Part shown: in pieces, positions 47,341 through 59,017 of the stretch
How the letters are laid out: each line of letters starts with the position of its first letter
How positions within the stretch are numbered: position 1 is the first letter of the stretch
Source: Rhodospirillales bacterium
Lineage (GTDB): Bacteria > Pseudomonadota > Alphaproteobacteria > Bin95
Length of the DNA: 64,000 nucleotides
Reading direction: 5' to 3'
NCBI GenBank assembly: GCA_038143065.1
Contig: JAYQLI010000035.1
Coordinates: 832,001 to 896,000 of the forward strand
Translations under genes and position numbers: made by a program
The notes under the pieces: generated by a model
The model's database searches: none
What the model saw: the letters and a program-made list of their open reading frames with translations, nothing else
What the model was told of the DNA's origin: nothing

Positions 47341-47639
47341 ATCTTAACTTCCAAAAGGCCAATATGTTGCTGAGCGCCATAGACGTCCCTGTCGCCTGGG
47401 CTGCCGGCTGGGTATTGGCGAGGAATAGTAATTTTAATCGCGAATGCTGCTGGGTACGGTGTCACAATTACAGTATTTTCGGAAACGCCATAGATGCTAG
47501 CAATTGCCGAGGCCCTCAAGTCTTTGGAAGCAAGCCCACGGGCATAATCTTCTTCACTTTCAAACATGATATCAAATGTAAGGTTTAGTGGGCCTGCATT
47601 TTTACTGCGAACTACTTTTGCTATATCTATCAGACGCAT
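47337..47639 (-). CDS. DUF4387 family protein
   Basis: RSKNAGP..TFDIMF..GSPGDRDVYGAQQH; ATGA-coupled to the DUF1446 gene. Confidence 0.85.
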   Translation of the reverse strand: MRLIDIAKVVRSKNAGPLNLTFDIMFESEEDYARGLASKDLRASAIASIYGVSENTVIVTPYPAAFAIKITIPRQYPAGSPGDRDVYGAQQHIGLLEVKI

Positions 47640-47654
47640 AATTCCTGCCCTTAT

Positions 47655-48869
47655 TTAGCTTTTTGTTCCCTGCCAAGTCGCAGGAGCTAAAAGCGCAAAA
47701 ATCAAAACTGTTACTGCCATCATACCTGCTCCAGCGAGCAATGCTGAGGAAGGTCCCGTTACATCTGCTATAAACCCCAGCAAAATCGGGCCTATCACGT
47801 AGCCAACATCTCCCACCATTCGGAAAGTACTCATCGTAGTAGCATTCATACCTGGTGGCGCACTATCCGCAGCATATGCAGCAGGCGCTGACCCACCCAC
47901 GGATGTTGCTATACCCCAGAGAATGCATGCTACCATAAAAATTGGATAGCCGGCTGCAAAAGCAAATACCGCCATGGTCGCTGAGGTCATTATAGACGCT
48001 GGCACAATTACAGCTTTGCGCCCAAACCGGTCTGCAATCATCCCGCCCGGGAAAGACGCCAGGAGGCCGGCAACTGCCCCCAGAAACATACCTAAGCCTA
48101 TTTCGGTCTGACTCAGTCCAATACTGACAGAACCAATTAGTGGTATTAATGCGAAAAAACCTCCGGTACGGATAACAGCAAACATGAGTGAAACCAAGCA
48201 GACTAAAGTAAATCCTCGTTTTTTTGCCAGCATACCTAACTGATTAAAGTAACGTATTTTTGGACCAGATGACTTACTAGTATGCGTCCCACCAAATTCC
48301 CTTGTTTCCCCAACAGCAATCCAAGCAACGGTAGTACAAACTAGCCCCAATCCCGCGTAGGCCCAGAAAGGTGCTGCTAGCCCCATCGCATCGGCAAGAA
48401 TACCTCCCGGGAAAGGACCGATCCCAACAGAGAACAAGAACGTGCCCTGATAAATCGAGATCATTCGCCCTCGACGCTCAGGTGTCGAAATATCCGCCAA
48501 CACGATTTGGCCTGTCGTTAAAACCAGTCCAGCTCCCGCACCTGAAACGAAACGACCTAATAGGAATTCTGGGTAGGAAGTTGCTAGAGCACAAATAAGG
48601 TTACCCAGTGCAGTGACTATACCTCCAAGCGCCAAGCTGTGACGGCGTCCAAATTTATCGGAGATACCCCCAGAAAGGGGAGCGCCTATTAGACGGCTCA
48701 ATCCATATATCGCGATTGCAAATCCAATTGCGGTTGCGCTTACACCGAAGGATTTTGCGTAAAGGGATATCGTTGGAACAATTGCCCCAAAACCAAGTTG
48801 ATTAACACCTATCAAAACACACATCCAAATCAGGATGCGGTTTTCACTTGGCCTCTCCGAGGAACTCAA
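47655..48869 (-). CDS. MFS transporter
   Basis: About 12 hydrophobic segments; SDKFGRR and ADRFGRK motif A. Confidence 0.9.
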   Translation of the reverse strand: MSSSERPSENRILIWMCVLIGVNQLGFGAIVPTISLYAKSFGVSATAIGFAIAIYGLSRLIGAPLSGGISDKFGRRHSLALGGIVTALGNLICALATSYPEFLLGRFVSGAGAGLVLTTGQIVLADISTPERRGRMISIYQGTFLFSVGIGPFPGGILADAMGLAAPFWAYAGLGLVCTTVAWIAVGETREFGGTHTSKSSGPKIRYFNQLGMLAKKRGFTLVCLVSLMFAVIRTGGFFALIPLIGSVSIGLSQTEIGLGMFLGAVAGLLASFPGGMIADRFGRKAVIVPASIMTSATMAVFAFAAGYPIFMVACILWGIATSVGGSAPAAYAADSAPPGMNATTMSTFRMVGDVGYVIGPILLGFIADVTGPSSALLAGAGMMAVTVLIFALLAPATWQGTKS

Positions 48870-48875
48870 TCTGGT

Positions 48876-50159
48876 CTAAAGCTCCGCCATCGTTTCATCA
48901 AACGCCTTTAGAGTGAGCTCGATATCTTCATCTAGATGAGCATGAGCCATGTAATGCTTACCCTCACTTTTCAGGATCCCCCGTTTGCGCATACCAAAAT
49001 TATACTTCGCCATCATTTCGGCATCACCAATCGCAGAACGGTAGTCAACAACCTTTTTGTTATTGAAAACGAGATCAAACATTGGGGCATCACCAACAAC
49101 TTGAGCATTAACCCCATACTTATTTAGTGATTTCTTATAACCTTCCATTAATCGCTTGCCTTGGGCAAACATATGATCATAGCCACCTGGCCTTTTTAAT
49201 ATTTCTAAGGTTTTCAAACCAGCAGCTGCTGCAACGGGATTGCCTGAAAGCGTCCCGATCTGAGTCATAAAATCGTCCTCAGAAACCGCGCTTTTATCAA
49301 AGTGCATCATTATCTCCGACCGACCACCGATCGCAGCGAGAGGAAAACCTCCACCAATCGCCTTGCCCATAGTACTAATGTCCGAGTCACACCGTAATAA
49401 GCTTGTGCCCCGCCGTAAGCAAAACGAAACCCAGTGACTACTTCATCGAAGCAAAGAACTAGATCATAGGAGTCACATAGTTGCCGAAGACCCTCGAGAA
49501 ATCCAGGTATGGGTGGTATCAACCTCTGAAATGGTTCTACTATTATTCCCGCTAATTCTTCTCGATTTTCCCTGATCAGGCTCTCCACAGTGCCAAGATC
49601 ATTATATGGAGCTACCACCATTTGCTGCTGAACGGCTGATGGAATTCCAGCAGAGTCTGCTGCGCCTTCTGGAAAGTTTGTTACACGCTTAGGAGTAGTG
49701 GAAATGAGGCCATAATCACTCATACCGTGATAGCCGCCCTCAAATTTTAGGATTTTGTCCTTACCTTTGAAAGCTCGCATTAAGCGCATTGCGTACATAT
49801 CAGCTTCAGAACCAGAAGAAACAAAACGCACCTGCTCCACGCAAGCCATTGCATCTACTATTTCTGCTGCCAAGCGAATGCCATAGGGGTTGTTGGTGAA
49901 GAAGGTTGTTCCTTCTGCGACGACTTTATGGATCACTTCAAGAACTTCGGGATGACCATGACCGGCTATCATTGGCCCTGAACCAAGAAGATAATCTACG
50001 TACTCTCGCCCAGCTACGTCCCAGACCCGGCAGCCCTCGCCTCGAGCAATGATTGTATGGTGCCCAACGTTGCCAAATCCGCCGCCAGGAAGCACACGCT
50101 TTGCAAGCGAGAGAAGTTCTGCCTCAACTTTAGAAACTTGAGCGAGCGGTTTTTGGCAT
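48876..50159 (-). CDS. Class III PLP aminotransferase (GSA-aminomutase-like; frameshift near 49385)
   Basis: SGSEA, FEGGYHG, FDEVVTGFR, GKAIGGGFP, GTLSGNP. Confidence 0.88.
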
Positions 50160-50174
50160 TGTCAGAGCTCCCTA

Positions 50175-50963
50175 TCAGGTTACAGGTGACCTACCACCAT
50201 CGATATTAATATCGATGCCGGTTACATAACTTGCTGCGTCAGATGCTAAGAAACAGGCAACATTAGCAAATTCTTCAGAGCGACCTATCCGCCCTAAAGG
50301 AATTTTAGCATTTTCAGCCATCTCAACCTTGAAATCATCATACGTGATATTGCGTGTATCTGCAGCATGCTTCCTTACGTGCTGATCGCTGTCAATCAAG
50401 CCAGTCATAAGAGCATTTACCAGAATACCGTGAGGTGCTCCTTCGTTAGCGAGTATTTTGGAAAGAGCAAGCCCTGCTGCCCGCGTTACCGCAGTTGGCG
50501 CACCCTGAGCAGGTGGTGCTTTGGCACCGGTATTAAGAACATTAATTATCCTTCCCCACTTCCTTTCTTTCATGTCGGCAAAGGCTAGACGTGAAAAACG
50601 GATCTGGGCGAAGAGCTTGAGCTCAATATCACCTTTCCACTGCTCGTCAGTCATTTCTAGAAACGGACCACGCAAAGAAGAGCCAGCGTTGTTCACAAGA
50701 ATATCAACTTGCCCAAAAGTTGCCACTGCCTCTTTATAGCAATCTTCGATCGCAGAAGGATTAGTTACGTCACAAGAAATACCGTGCGCTTTGCCAGCGT
50801 TTTGCGCCCGAACCTGCTGCACTGCCTCATCAATGTGCTCTTGTCTGCGAGCCACAATAACTACATTGGCACCAGCTGCTGCCATTTTTAAGCTCATTGC
50901 CCGGCCAAGCCCCATACTACCACCAGTTATGAGTGCGGTACGTCCAGAAAGATCAATGTTCAT
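50175..50963 (-). CDS. SDR oxidoreductase with atypical active site
   Basis: TGGSMGLG, LVNNAG; TxxxR in place of YxxxK. Confidence 0.88.
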   Translation of the reverse strand: MNIDLSGRTALITGGSMGLGRAMSLKMAAAGANVVIVARRQEHIDEAVQQVRAQNAGKAHGISCDVTNPSAIEDCYKEAVATFGQVDILVNNAGSSLRGPFLEMTDEQWKGDIELKLFAQIRFSRLAFADMKERKWGRIINVLNTGAKAPPAQGAPTAVTRAAGLALSKILANEGAPHGILVNALMTGLIDSDQHVRKHAADTRNITYDDFKVEMAENAKIPLGRIGRSEEFANVACFLASDAASYVTGIDINIDGGRSPVT

Positions 50964-51099
50964 TTAACTACTTCCAAATTGGTTAGACGATTCCTGTAAA
51001 TTAAATGTGCGGTGGCAAGGCTATACTTGTCCAGCACATTGCTATGATATTTTTTTTGGTTACGCTCGCAGAATCAAGCATTAACTGGTTGGGGTTCCT

Positions 51100-53190
51100 A
51101 TGCCTTCTAAGTACGCTTTGGGAATTGATATTGGTGGCACATTCACCGATGTCGTTGTTTATGATGGCGAAAAGCAAAAAATTACCTCTAGGAAGCTTCT
51201 AACAACTCACGATGACCCGGCCCGTGCAGTACTTGAAGGTCTAGCTGCAGCTATCTCTGAGGATAAAATTGATCCATCCAAAATTGGCCGCGTTGTCCAT
51301 GCAACCACTTTATTCACGAACGCATTAATAGAACGCAAAGGAGCAATGACTGGTCTTCTAGCAACTGAAGGTTTTGAAGACATTGTCGAGATTGGCCGTG
51401 AGAAGAAATATGAGCTCTATGATGTACATATACAAAAACCAACACCACTTGCGGCTAGAACTCTTCGTCGAGGAATTAAAGAGCGTTTAAAATTTGACGG
51501 AAGCGTTGTATGCAAAATTGGCGAGAATTCTGTAATCAAGGCGGTTGATGACCTGGTTACATTGGGTGTTGAGTCAGTTGCAATCTCATTCCTGCACTCA
51601 TACGCCAATCCAGTTCACGAGAGAATTGCTGCAAAAATTATCCAGGATAAATATCCAAAGCTCTCTGTTAGTCTATCTAGCGACGTTGCACCTGAAATTC
51701 GGGAATACGAACGAACATCAACTGTTCTTGCAAATGCATATATAAAACCTCTTGCGGCAGATTATCTTGACGGAATTTCCACTGGTCTCCAAAACCAGGG
51801 GGTAATAAGTCCTCTTTTATTAATGTTATCTAACGGTGGTCTAGCCGATATTAATGAGGCTAAGCGGATCCCTGTAGCACTGCATGAATCGGGCCCAGCA
51901 GCGGGAGCATTAGCAGCAGCATATTTTGGAAAATCGGAAGCTAACGGGAATGTTCTTGCTTTTGACATGGGCGGAACAACTGCAAAACTCTCTGTCGTGG
52001 ATCGCGGAGATCCAGAAATTACCTATAATTTTGAGGCTGCACGCCAGAAGCGGTTTGCAGAAGGATCTGGTCTACCAATCAGAACATCGACAATTGAGTT
52101 AATAGAAATTGGCGCTGGAGGCGGCTCAATAGCGCGCGTTGATGAAATTAATCTTTTAAAGGTAGGTCCAGACAGCGCTGGTTCTGACCCTGGGCCCACT
52201 ATTTACGGTATTGGGGGCGATCAACCAACGGTAACTGATGCAAATTTTGCCCTAGGACTTTTAGCGCCGGAAACATTTGCTGGGGGCAATATGGATCTTG
52301 ATGTTAAAGCCAGTTCAAAAATTCTGGAAAAGCTCTCCACTCAGGCAGGGCTCAGCCAACAATCAGTAGCAGCGGGTATTCGTGACGTCGTAAATGAAAC
52401 TATGGCCTCTGCAGCGAGGGTTCATATAGCTGAAAGAGGGAAAGACCCTCGCAGCTATGCTTTGCTCGCAACTGGTGGAGGTGGCCCTTTACATGGGGCC
52501 GATGTCGCAAGAAAGTTAGGTTTAAAGCGATTAATATCGCCAGCGTCTGCAGGCGTAGCTTCTGCTATAGGGTTACTAATTGCTCCAGCTAGAGTAGACC
52601 GAGTAACCACAGTCGCGACACGTCTTGACCAGCTAAACTGGTCAGATTTCGAAAAAATGTTCGACCTTCTGGAGCAAGATGCGCGTAAAGTCATTGCTGC
52701 TACAGGATTAGATCCTGATACGATAAGTGTCACTCGACGCGCAGATGTGAGATATGTTGGTCAGGCCTTTGAAGTTATTGTTGATCTTCCATCTGGACCT
52801 TACGACATAAATTCCACTGCAGCCTTTCTGGAAGCTTTTGAGGTAGCATATCGATCAAAATTCACCCGAATTCCACCCTCTGGACCGGTTGAAATTATAA
52901 ATGCCCGTATTGGCGTGACCGCGCCAGGCGAACCTATTTCTGTTCACTTGAATAATTCAGATAGAGCCAGTGCAAAACCAAAAACACGCAAGGTTTGGTC
53001 CTCAAAAGACAGAGCTTTTGTAGATACGGATATTTATGACCGATATTGTCTCCGTCCAGGGGATAAACTTTTGGGCCAGTACTCATCGAAGAACGCGAGT
53101 CAACTCTCGCAGTTCCAGAGGGAGCAACAGCGCAAGTTGCTGAAGGAGGAGAAATCGTTGTTGACCTGGATGGTGAAGATTTATGAGTAA
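51100..53190 (+). CDS. Hydantoinase A / oxoprolinase ATP-binding subunit (3' frameshift)
   Basis: IDIGGTFTD, HATTLFTNALIE, ESGPAAG, DMGGTT, IGAGGGS. Confidence 0.92.
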   Translation: MPSKYALGIDIGGTFTDVVVYDGEKQKITSRKLLTTHDDPARAVLEGLAAAISEDKIDPSKIGRVVHATTLFTNALIERKGAMTGLLATEGFEDIVEIGREKKYELYDVHIQKPTPLAARTLRRGIKERLKFDGSVVCKIGENSVIKAVDDLVTLGVESVAISFLHSYANPVHERIAAKIIQDKYPKLSVSLSSDVAPEIREYERTSTVLANAYIKPLAADYLDGISTGLQNQGVISPLLLMLSNGGLADINEAKRIPVALHESGPAAGALAAAYFGKSEANGNVLAFDMGGTTAKLSVVDRGDPEITYNFEAARQKRFAEGSGLPIRTSTIELIEIGAGGGSIARVDEINLLKVGPDSAGSDPGPTIYGIGGDQPTVTDANFALGLLAPETFAGGNMDLDVKASSKILEKLSTQAGLSQQSVAAGIRDVVNETMASAARVHIAERGKDPRSYALLATGGGGPLHGADVARKLGLKRLISPASAGVASAIGLLIAPARVDRVTTVATRLDQLNWSDFEKMFDLLEQDARKVIAATGLDPDTISVTRRADVRYVGQAFEVIVDLPSGPYDINSTAAFLEAFEVAYRSKFTRIPPSGPVEIINARIGVTAPGEPISVHLNNSDRASAKPKTRKVWSSKDRAFVDTDIYDRYCLRPGDKLLGQYSSKNASQLSQFQREQQRKLLKEEKSLLTWMVKIYE

Positions 53191-54732
53191 AGATGCCTTT
53201 GATGCCATAACTCTGGAAATTCTATGGAGGCGGATGATCTCTGCTGCCGATGAGGCCGCTAAAACATTACAACGAGTTTCATTCTCCACCCTCGTCAATG
53301 AAAGCAACGATTTTGCTTGCGTAGTCACCGATGCATCAGGTGCTTCACTAGTTCAAAATACCGAGAGCATCCCATCATTTAACGGCTGCCTACCCATCAC
53401 AGTAAGGCATTTTCTCGATGTCATCGGCACCAAGGATATGAAGCAAGGAGATTTCCTTGTCTGTAACGACCCATGGGTTGGAACAGGACATCTCAATGAT
53501 ATCACAATAGCCAAACCTGTATTTTATAAAGGTGAATTGGTTGCTTTCTGTGCCTCGACTGCTCACGCACCAGACATTGGCGGCAAAGTTCGTTCCGTGG
53601 TCGCGAGGGAGATATTTGAGGAAGGCTTTGCCATCCCAGCGATGCATATGATTCGTGAAGGAGAAGCAAACGCCACATTTTTTCAGCTTCTTCGCGCAGC
53701 GGTAAGAACTCCTGACCAAACTGAAGGTGATATTTGGGCTCAAGTGACAGCTCTAAATCTAATGGAAGAGCGACTTCATGCCCTTATGAAAGAATACAAT
53801 CTTTCAAGCTTTGATGCGTTTGCGGATGAAATTCATGGCAGATGCGAAAGAGCAATGCGAAAAGCATTCAAACAGGTTCCAGATGGTTCTTACAACTTTG
53901 GATTTAAAACCGACGGTCTAACTGAGCCTTTCAATTTTAATGTCACAGTAACAATCGCTGATGACACTGTTCACGTGGATTGGACCGGCACTAGCGACCA
54001 AGTTGACCGAGCCATAAATTGCCCTGCGGTTTACACTTTCGCAATGACCTCCTACGCACTTAAATGCATTTTCCTTCCAGATTTACCGAATAATGAAGGA
54101 GTATTTAGATCATTCACAATGCACGCACCTAAACGAAGCCTAGTTAACCCTGAACGCCCAGCAAGTGTAGGTGGTCGTATGGCCACGGGACATTATTTGC
54201 CAACAGCAATATTTGGAGCTCTCGCTAAAGCTTTGCCCGAAAAATTATGGCAGCATCCGGATCACCACTCTGGTCAATAATTCAAACGGGGGTTGATGAC
54301 GAAGGCAAGCCGACTGCAAATACTTTATTTTTTAATGGTGGCTCTGGTGCAACTGCAAATACTGATGGGCAAAGTTGTTATTCTTGGCCCTCAAATATTT
54401 CTAACGTACCAATCGAGTTAACTGAGCGAAACACTCCCTTTTTTGTGCAAAGAAAATCCCTCAGAGAGGCTTCGGGAGGTGAAGGCTTGAAGCGTGGTGG
54501 AGACGGTCAAGAAATAGTTTTGCGCCACTCAGGTAAACGTAATATCGGCATAATATTCATGGCAGAGCGACTTCGTCATCCAGCTCATGGTCTTTTAGGA
54601 GGCGAAGCCGGAGCTCCTGGTGAAGTATTAATTGATGGCAACCCTGCAGACGTACGAGCGGATCATATTATCTTACCAGGACAGACAATAACGCTGAAGT
54701 TACCAGGAGGTGGAGGCTACGGCCAGGCATAG
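53183..54732 (+). CDS. Hydantoinase B / oxoprolinase subunit (frameshift near 54245)
   Basis: NDPWVGTGHLND, HAPDIGG, C-terminal PGGGGYG. Confidence 0.9.
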
Positions 54733-54879
54733 TGTTAAAGCTCTTTGTAGAAATGAAGGTCTCTACGGTTCATTTTAAAAGCTAATCTTAAGACTTTTCA
54801 CTACTTACAAACCGATAAAAATAGTAACGTGAGCCTACCCATTAGCATTTGTCTCAGGGGGTATTTGCAACGAAACTAC

Positions 54880-55833
54880 CTACAGTGCTTTGTATGCATT
54901 GCCAGGACCAAACACCCGATGTTTTTCTTGAAGGGCGGTTACGGCACGAACCATGAATTCACATGTTGGGGTAGCTATACTCAATTTTTTACCCTCAGCG
55001 ACAACACCTCCATGTATTGACCCAATTTCTGATACACGGCCGGCCTGTGTGTCTAAGTACATTGACGGCCGAGCATCTGGAATTTTTGTTGTAAAATCAT
55101 GCACCCACGCAATAGGATCATCATAAAGTAATTTGATCCCTTTTGCTTTTGCACAGGCGGCGGCTTCACGAACACAGTCTAGGCTTAGACCCCACGCCCA
55201 TTCATTTTTCACCACCTGGCCGACCCGCATTCCCGTGAGGGTACAGGTAGCTGAAACAGCAATGTTAGCCATTAATTTTGACCATACTACTGGCCAAATA
55301 TCCTCATAAACTCCCACAGTGAAACCACTTTCTCGCCAGGCATCAGCCACAAGCTCTATTCGACTTGAGATCCCCCCTGCAGCTTCAGCAATATTGATTG
55401 CTTCCATGCCGTTGTGATGAACATGCCCAGGGCCAACCATAGACGCGCCAAATCCACCGGCAATTCCGCAGAGCACGTTGCTAGGGTCTACAAGTTCTTG
55501 GATCCGCTCTACATTTCCAAGGCCATTTTGCAGAGAGAGCACTGCTGTCTTTAGGCCTAACATTGGTCCTGCCGCCTGAACTGCTTCTTTAGTCTGCATA
55601 GCCTTGGTGGCGACTATGGCGAGTTCACATTCACCAGCTTCTTTAGCATCTGTGGTGGCATTGGGATTTACAGTACGATCACCCGACGCGCCTTGAACGC
55701 GTAAACCGTTAGCTTTTACTGCTGCAACATGCTCTGCCCAGCTGTCAAACATCCAAACTTCATGACCAGCATCTGCCATCAATCCAGCATAGACTGACCC
55801 CATCGCTCCCGCGCCAATTATGCCAATCTTCAT
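54880..55833 (-). CDS. panE: Ketopantoate reductase family
   Basis: IGAGAMG, LQNGLG, WSKL, SMYLD..GRVSEI. Confidence 0.82.
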   Translation of the reverse strand: MKIGIIGAGAMGSVYAGLMADAGHEVWMFDSWAEHVAAVKANGLRVQGASGDRTVNPNATTDAKEAGECELAIVATKAMQTKEAVQAAGPMLGLKTAVLSLQNGLGNVERIQELVDPSNVLCGIAGGFGASMVGPGHVHHNGMEAINIAEAAGGISSRIELVADAWRESGFTVGVYEDIWPVVWSKLMANIAVSATCTLTGMRVGQVVKNEWAWGLSLDCVREAAACAKAKGIKLLYDDPIAWVHDFTTKIPDARPSMYLDTQAGRVSEIGSIHGGVVAEGKKLSIATPTCEFMVRAVTALQEKHRVFGPGNAYKAL

Positions 55834-55859
55834 AAAATTATCTCTTTCGAATGCGTTAA

Positions 55860-56838
55860 CTACATTTCGAGAACAATTTTGCCGGCAACTTTGCGTGAGA
55901 GCAAAGCTTCTAATGCATCACCAGCCTTTTGCAGGGGATAAGTACCTCCAATAAGCGGTTTCAATTTTCCTTCAGAATACCATTCAAAAAGGCGGTGATA
56001 ATCATCTCGAAGCGTCATTGGCTCACGCCTTCGATGGCTCGACCAAAACACTCCAATAGCGGAGCAACTTTTTACCAACAATAAATTTGCCGGAATTTGC
56101 GGTATACGCCCTGCGGCGAACCCTATGATCAGTAAACGTCCACCCCAATTGATGCACCTCAAAGATTGATCAAATACATCACCACCAACAGGATCATAAA
56201 TTACGTCAGCTCCATTACCTTCGGTTAACGCTTTAACTTGATCTCGAAATTCTGGTGTTTTTGAGAGGTTAATTGTGTAGTCCGCGCCATGGTTTTTTGT
56301 GATTTCGCATTTTTTCTTCAGAACTGGCAGTAGCGATCACTTTTGCTCCTGCAGCTTTCGCAATTTCTACTGCAGTTAAACCAACACCGCCTGCTGCACC
56401 ATGGACCAAAACGGTTTCACCGGCATTTAAATGACTCCGCCTTAACAAGCCAACATAACTCGTACCGTAGGCGACAGGAAATGCGGCTGCAGTAACGAAA
56501 TCCAACTCAATGGGAATGGGATGAGCAAGATAATCTTCCACGATTACCTGCTCGCGATAAGCTCCATAATCCATTGTCGCTATGACACGCGCTCCAACTT
56601 TAAAGTCAGTAACACCTTCACCAACAGAAGAAACAATGCCAGCCACCTCAAAGCCTGGGCTGAAGGGAAATTCAGGCTTAAGTTGATATTTGTGAGATAT
56701 GATAAGACTATCGGCAAAATTTAATGACGCCGCTTTTACATCAATTCGAATTTGCCCAGGCTTTGGCGTTGGCTCTGGGAGGTCAACCACTTTTAGATCT
56801 TGTGGGTTTGAAACTGCCTCTGCAACAACTGCGCGCAT
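55860..56838 (-). CDS. NADPH:quinone oxidoreductase (zeta-crystallin type; frameshift near 56305)
   Basis: PFSPGFEVAG, HGAAGGVG, GRLLIIGFAAG. Confidence 0.88.
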
Positions 56839-56874
56839 GATTTGGGCCTCACTAAAAAGTAAGCGATTGGAATA

Positions 56875-57348
56875 TCAGCCAGTCTGCGCCGAGGTCCAGT
56901 CATCAAGTATATTTCTAGCCTCAGCCTCGTCTCTACTCACCTGACCAGCTTTTGGTGTTGTCAATTCTACCACGTAACCATTCGGATCACGGAAGTAGAT
57001 ACTTTCAATAAAGCCATGGTCTGACACTCCACGCGTTTCGATATTCCATTGTTTACCTTTGTTAAACATGCGTTCCAGCGTCTCTTTGTTAACCTCTAAA
57101 GCTATATGGAGGTCGAAATCTCTTTGTTTTTTGAATTCAAATGGCTGATCCGGCTCCTCAAAGAACGCAATGCATGAACCGTCGCCCATCTCAAAAAAAG
57201 TATGAAGCACCTCTGCCCCACGCCCAGTCGCTGTTTTTTCTATTTTTATCGCATGGATAAACATAAGCTCGAGAAAATATTCATAGAAAGCGCGAGTATC
57301 TGATGAATTTTTACATCTATATTCAGCGTGATGCAAACCATTGATCAT
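56875..57348 (-). CDS. VOC/glyoxalase family protein
   Basis: GLHH, HTFF..GDGSCIAFF, HIAL, SIYFRDPNGYVVEL. Confidence 0.87.
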   Translation of the reverse strand: MINGLHHAEYRCKNSSDTRAFYEYFLELMFIHAIKIEKTATGRGAEVLHTFFEMGDGSCIAFFEEPDQPFEFKKQRDFDLHIALEVNKETLERMFNKGKQWNIETRGVSDHGFIESIYFRDPNGYVVELTTPKAGQVSRDEAEARNILDDWTSAQTG

Positions 57349-57465
57349 CTTAAATATCCAGTTAACTGTTAGTTGTTTATTTTTAGACGTGGGTAGGCAA
57401 TCAATTAAATCCAAATAAAAAAATATAGGCTGTTGTTTAAAAACGGTTTGTTCTTTGGGGCTGGA

Positions 57466-59015
57466 TTAGCCATTCCATCGTCCTGTTTTAGCCCTACCGT
57501 TTTTTTGAGGGATGACCCATGAATAACGCCCATAATGACGCGCACGCATAATGAGACCTATAGCTTCTCGCGAATTAGTCGATGCGATAGCAATCACATC
57601 TCCCCCACCATTACGCAAGCGACTTGCCCAAATCCCCGACCCTGCTGCAGGCGGCAAATCTATAACTAACTTAGCAATATCTTGCCTGGTTCCAACAAAA
57701 ATGGGCAGCCCACCGGCGCCGAAGTTCCCAACTGTTTTGAGAGCTTTTTCGATACCGATACGATTATCGATTACCCCACCCAAGAACTGAGGCTCAAGAA
57801 GTGACGCCGATAGAAATAAACGCAAGGTAGACACCCGCTCTGTAGGTGCCAAATGACGAAAACTTAGAAAATCCCGATCAGTTAAATCTGCTCTGGCCGC
57901 GCCAGGATCATCTAGCCATCTTTTGAAAAAGCTGGAGAGATCTGAACCACTGCATTCAGAAAACGTAGTTTCGATCTCTAACCAACCTACTTTCTGAAAC
58001 TTCCAATCGTTCCAGAATTTTTTAACACAATTATCAAATACTTGAGCACCAATCTTTCGCTCAAGCATCTGCAGCACCATAGCGGCTTTGCCATAGCCGA
58101 TCGCTTGGGCTTGCCCATGAGATTTTGTTACAAATTGTCGGAGCGGAAAACGTTTCTCTGGCGGTAAAGCATCAAATTCTAGCAACCAATCCAGGCGCAT
58201 ATCTCGCGCAGCGTTTTCACTCTTTCGCGATGCTAGGGCATAGTCAGCGAAGAAAACTGCAAAGCCCTCAGCCCAGTTTCCTTTTGCATAATCTACAAAA
58301 CTCCGTTGCCCCACCAAACATGAGATATTTCGTGCCATAAAGAACGGCCTTTCATAAAAGGCATTGGAAGGATACGTGCCGAAACTAAGGTAAAGCCAGG
58401 AAAGCCGAGCCCAACTGGCAGTGGACTCTCTACTATTGAAAAAGCGCTATACGGATAAGGCCCTATCCTAGCGCTAAGAGTACCGATCGCTTCATCGGCG
58501 GATTCTAAAAACCCTTTTGCAAGTTTACTATTTGCAGAACCAAAGAAAGTTCGGATTGTAATCCCATCTGCTTCAAGCTCTGCAATGTGAAAACGCCCTA
58601 TAACCAGCGGGGCAGAAGCTAATTTTGGAACATTAAAGCGCGTAATATTCTCATGCGAGGTCTCTATGATCTCTCCATCAGGAAATGGAACAGTCACAAA
58701 ATCTGGTGGGGTAACTACTTCTACGCTCCACCCAAGATCACCTGATTGAAGTGAAGGGAGCCATCCCCTCCCTATTGGAATAAATGCGCCATACCTGAAG
58801 TCTATATATCCAGTGTCTTCTGCGTGCTCGGACTTTTTTAGTTCCGGAGCATTGATGACAATTGGAATTTTTACACCATCAACACCCACAGAACTTCCGA
58901 CTAAAGCACCTGCAGAAATGTCCAACTTCAGCGTTACTTTCCGCCAAGTGTCTGCTTTTGTAGGCCCTACGAGTAATAAAAAACAAACACCGCAAACTAT
59001 ATGAAAAAAACGCAT
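57466..59015 (-). CDS. Secreted M1-type zinc aminopeptidase (frameshift near 58300)
   Basis: Signal peptide; HEISHVWWGN followed by NWAEGF third ligand; YGKAAMVL. Confidence 0.82.
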
Positions 59016-59017
59016 AT

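Noticed and set aside
54747-54777. Possible pseudoknot or riboswitch GTAGA/TCTAC with AATGAA/TTCATT
   Set aside because: It lies between convergent 3' ends, has short AT-rich stems and matches no aptamer I recognise; at most a weak terminator.
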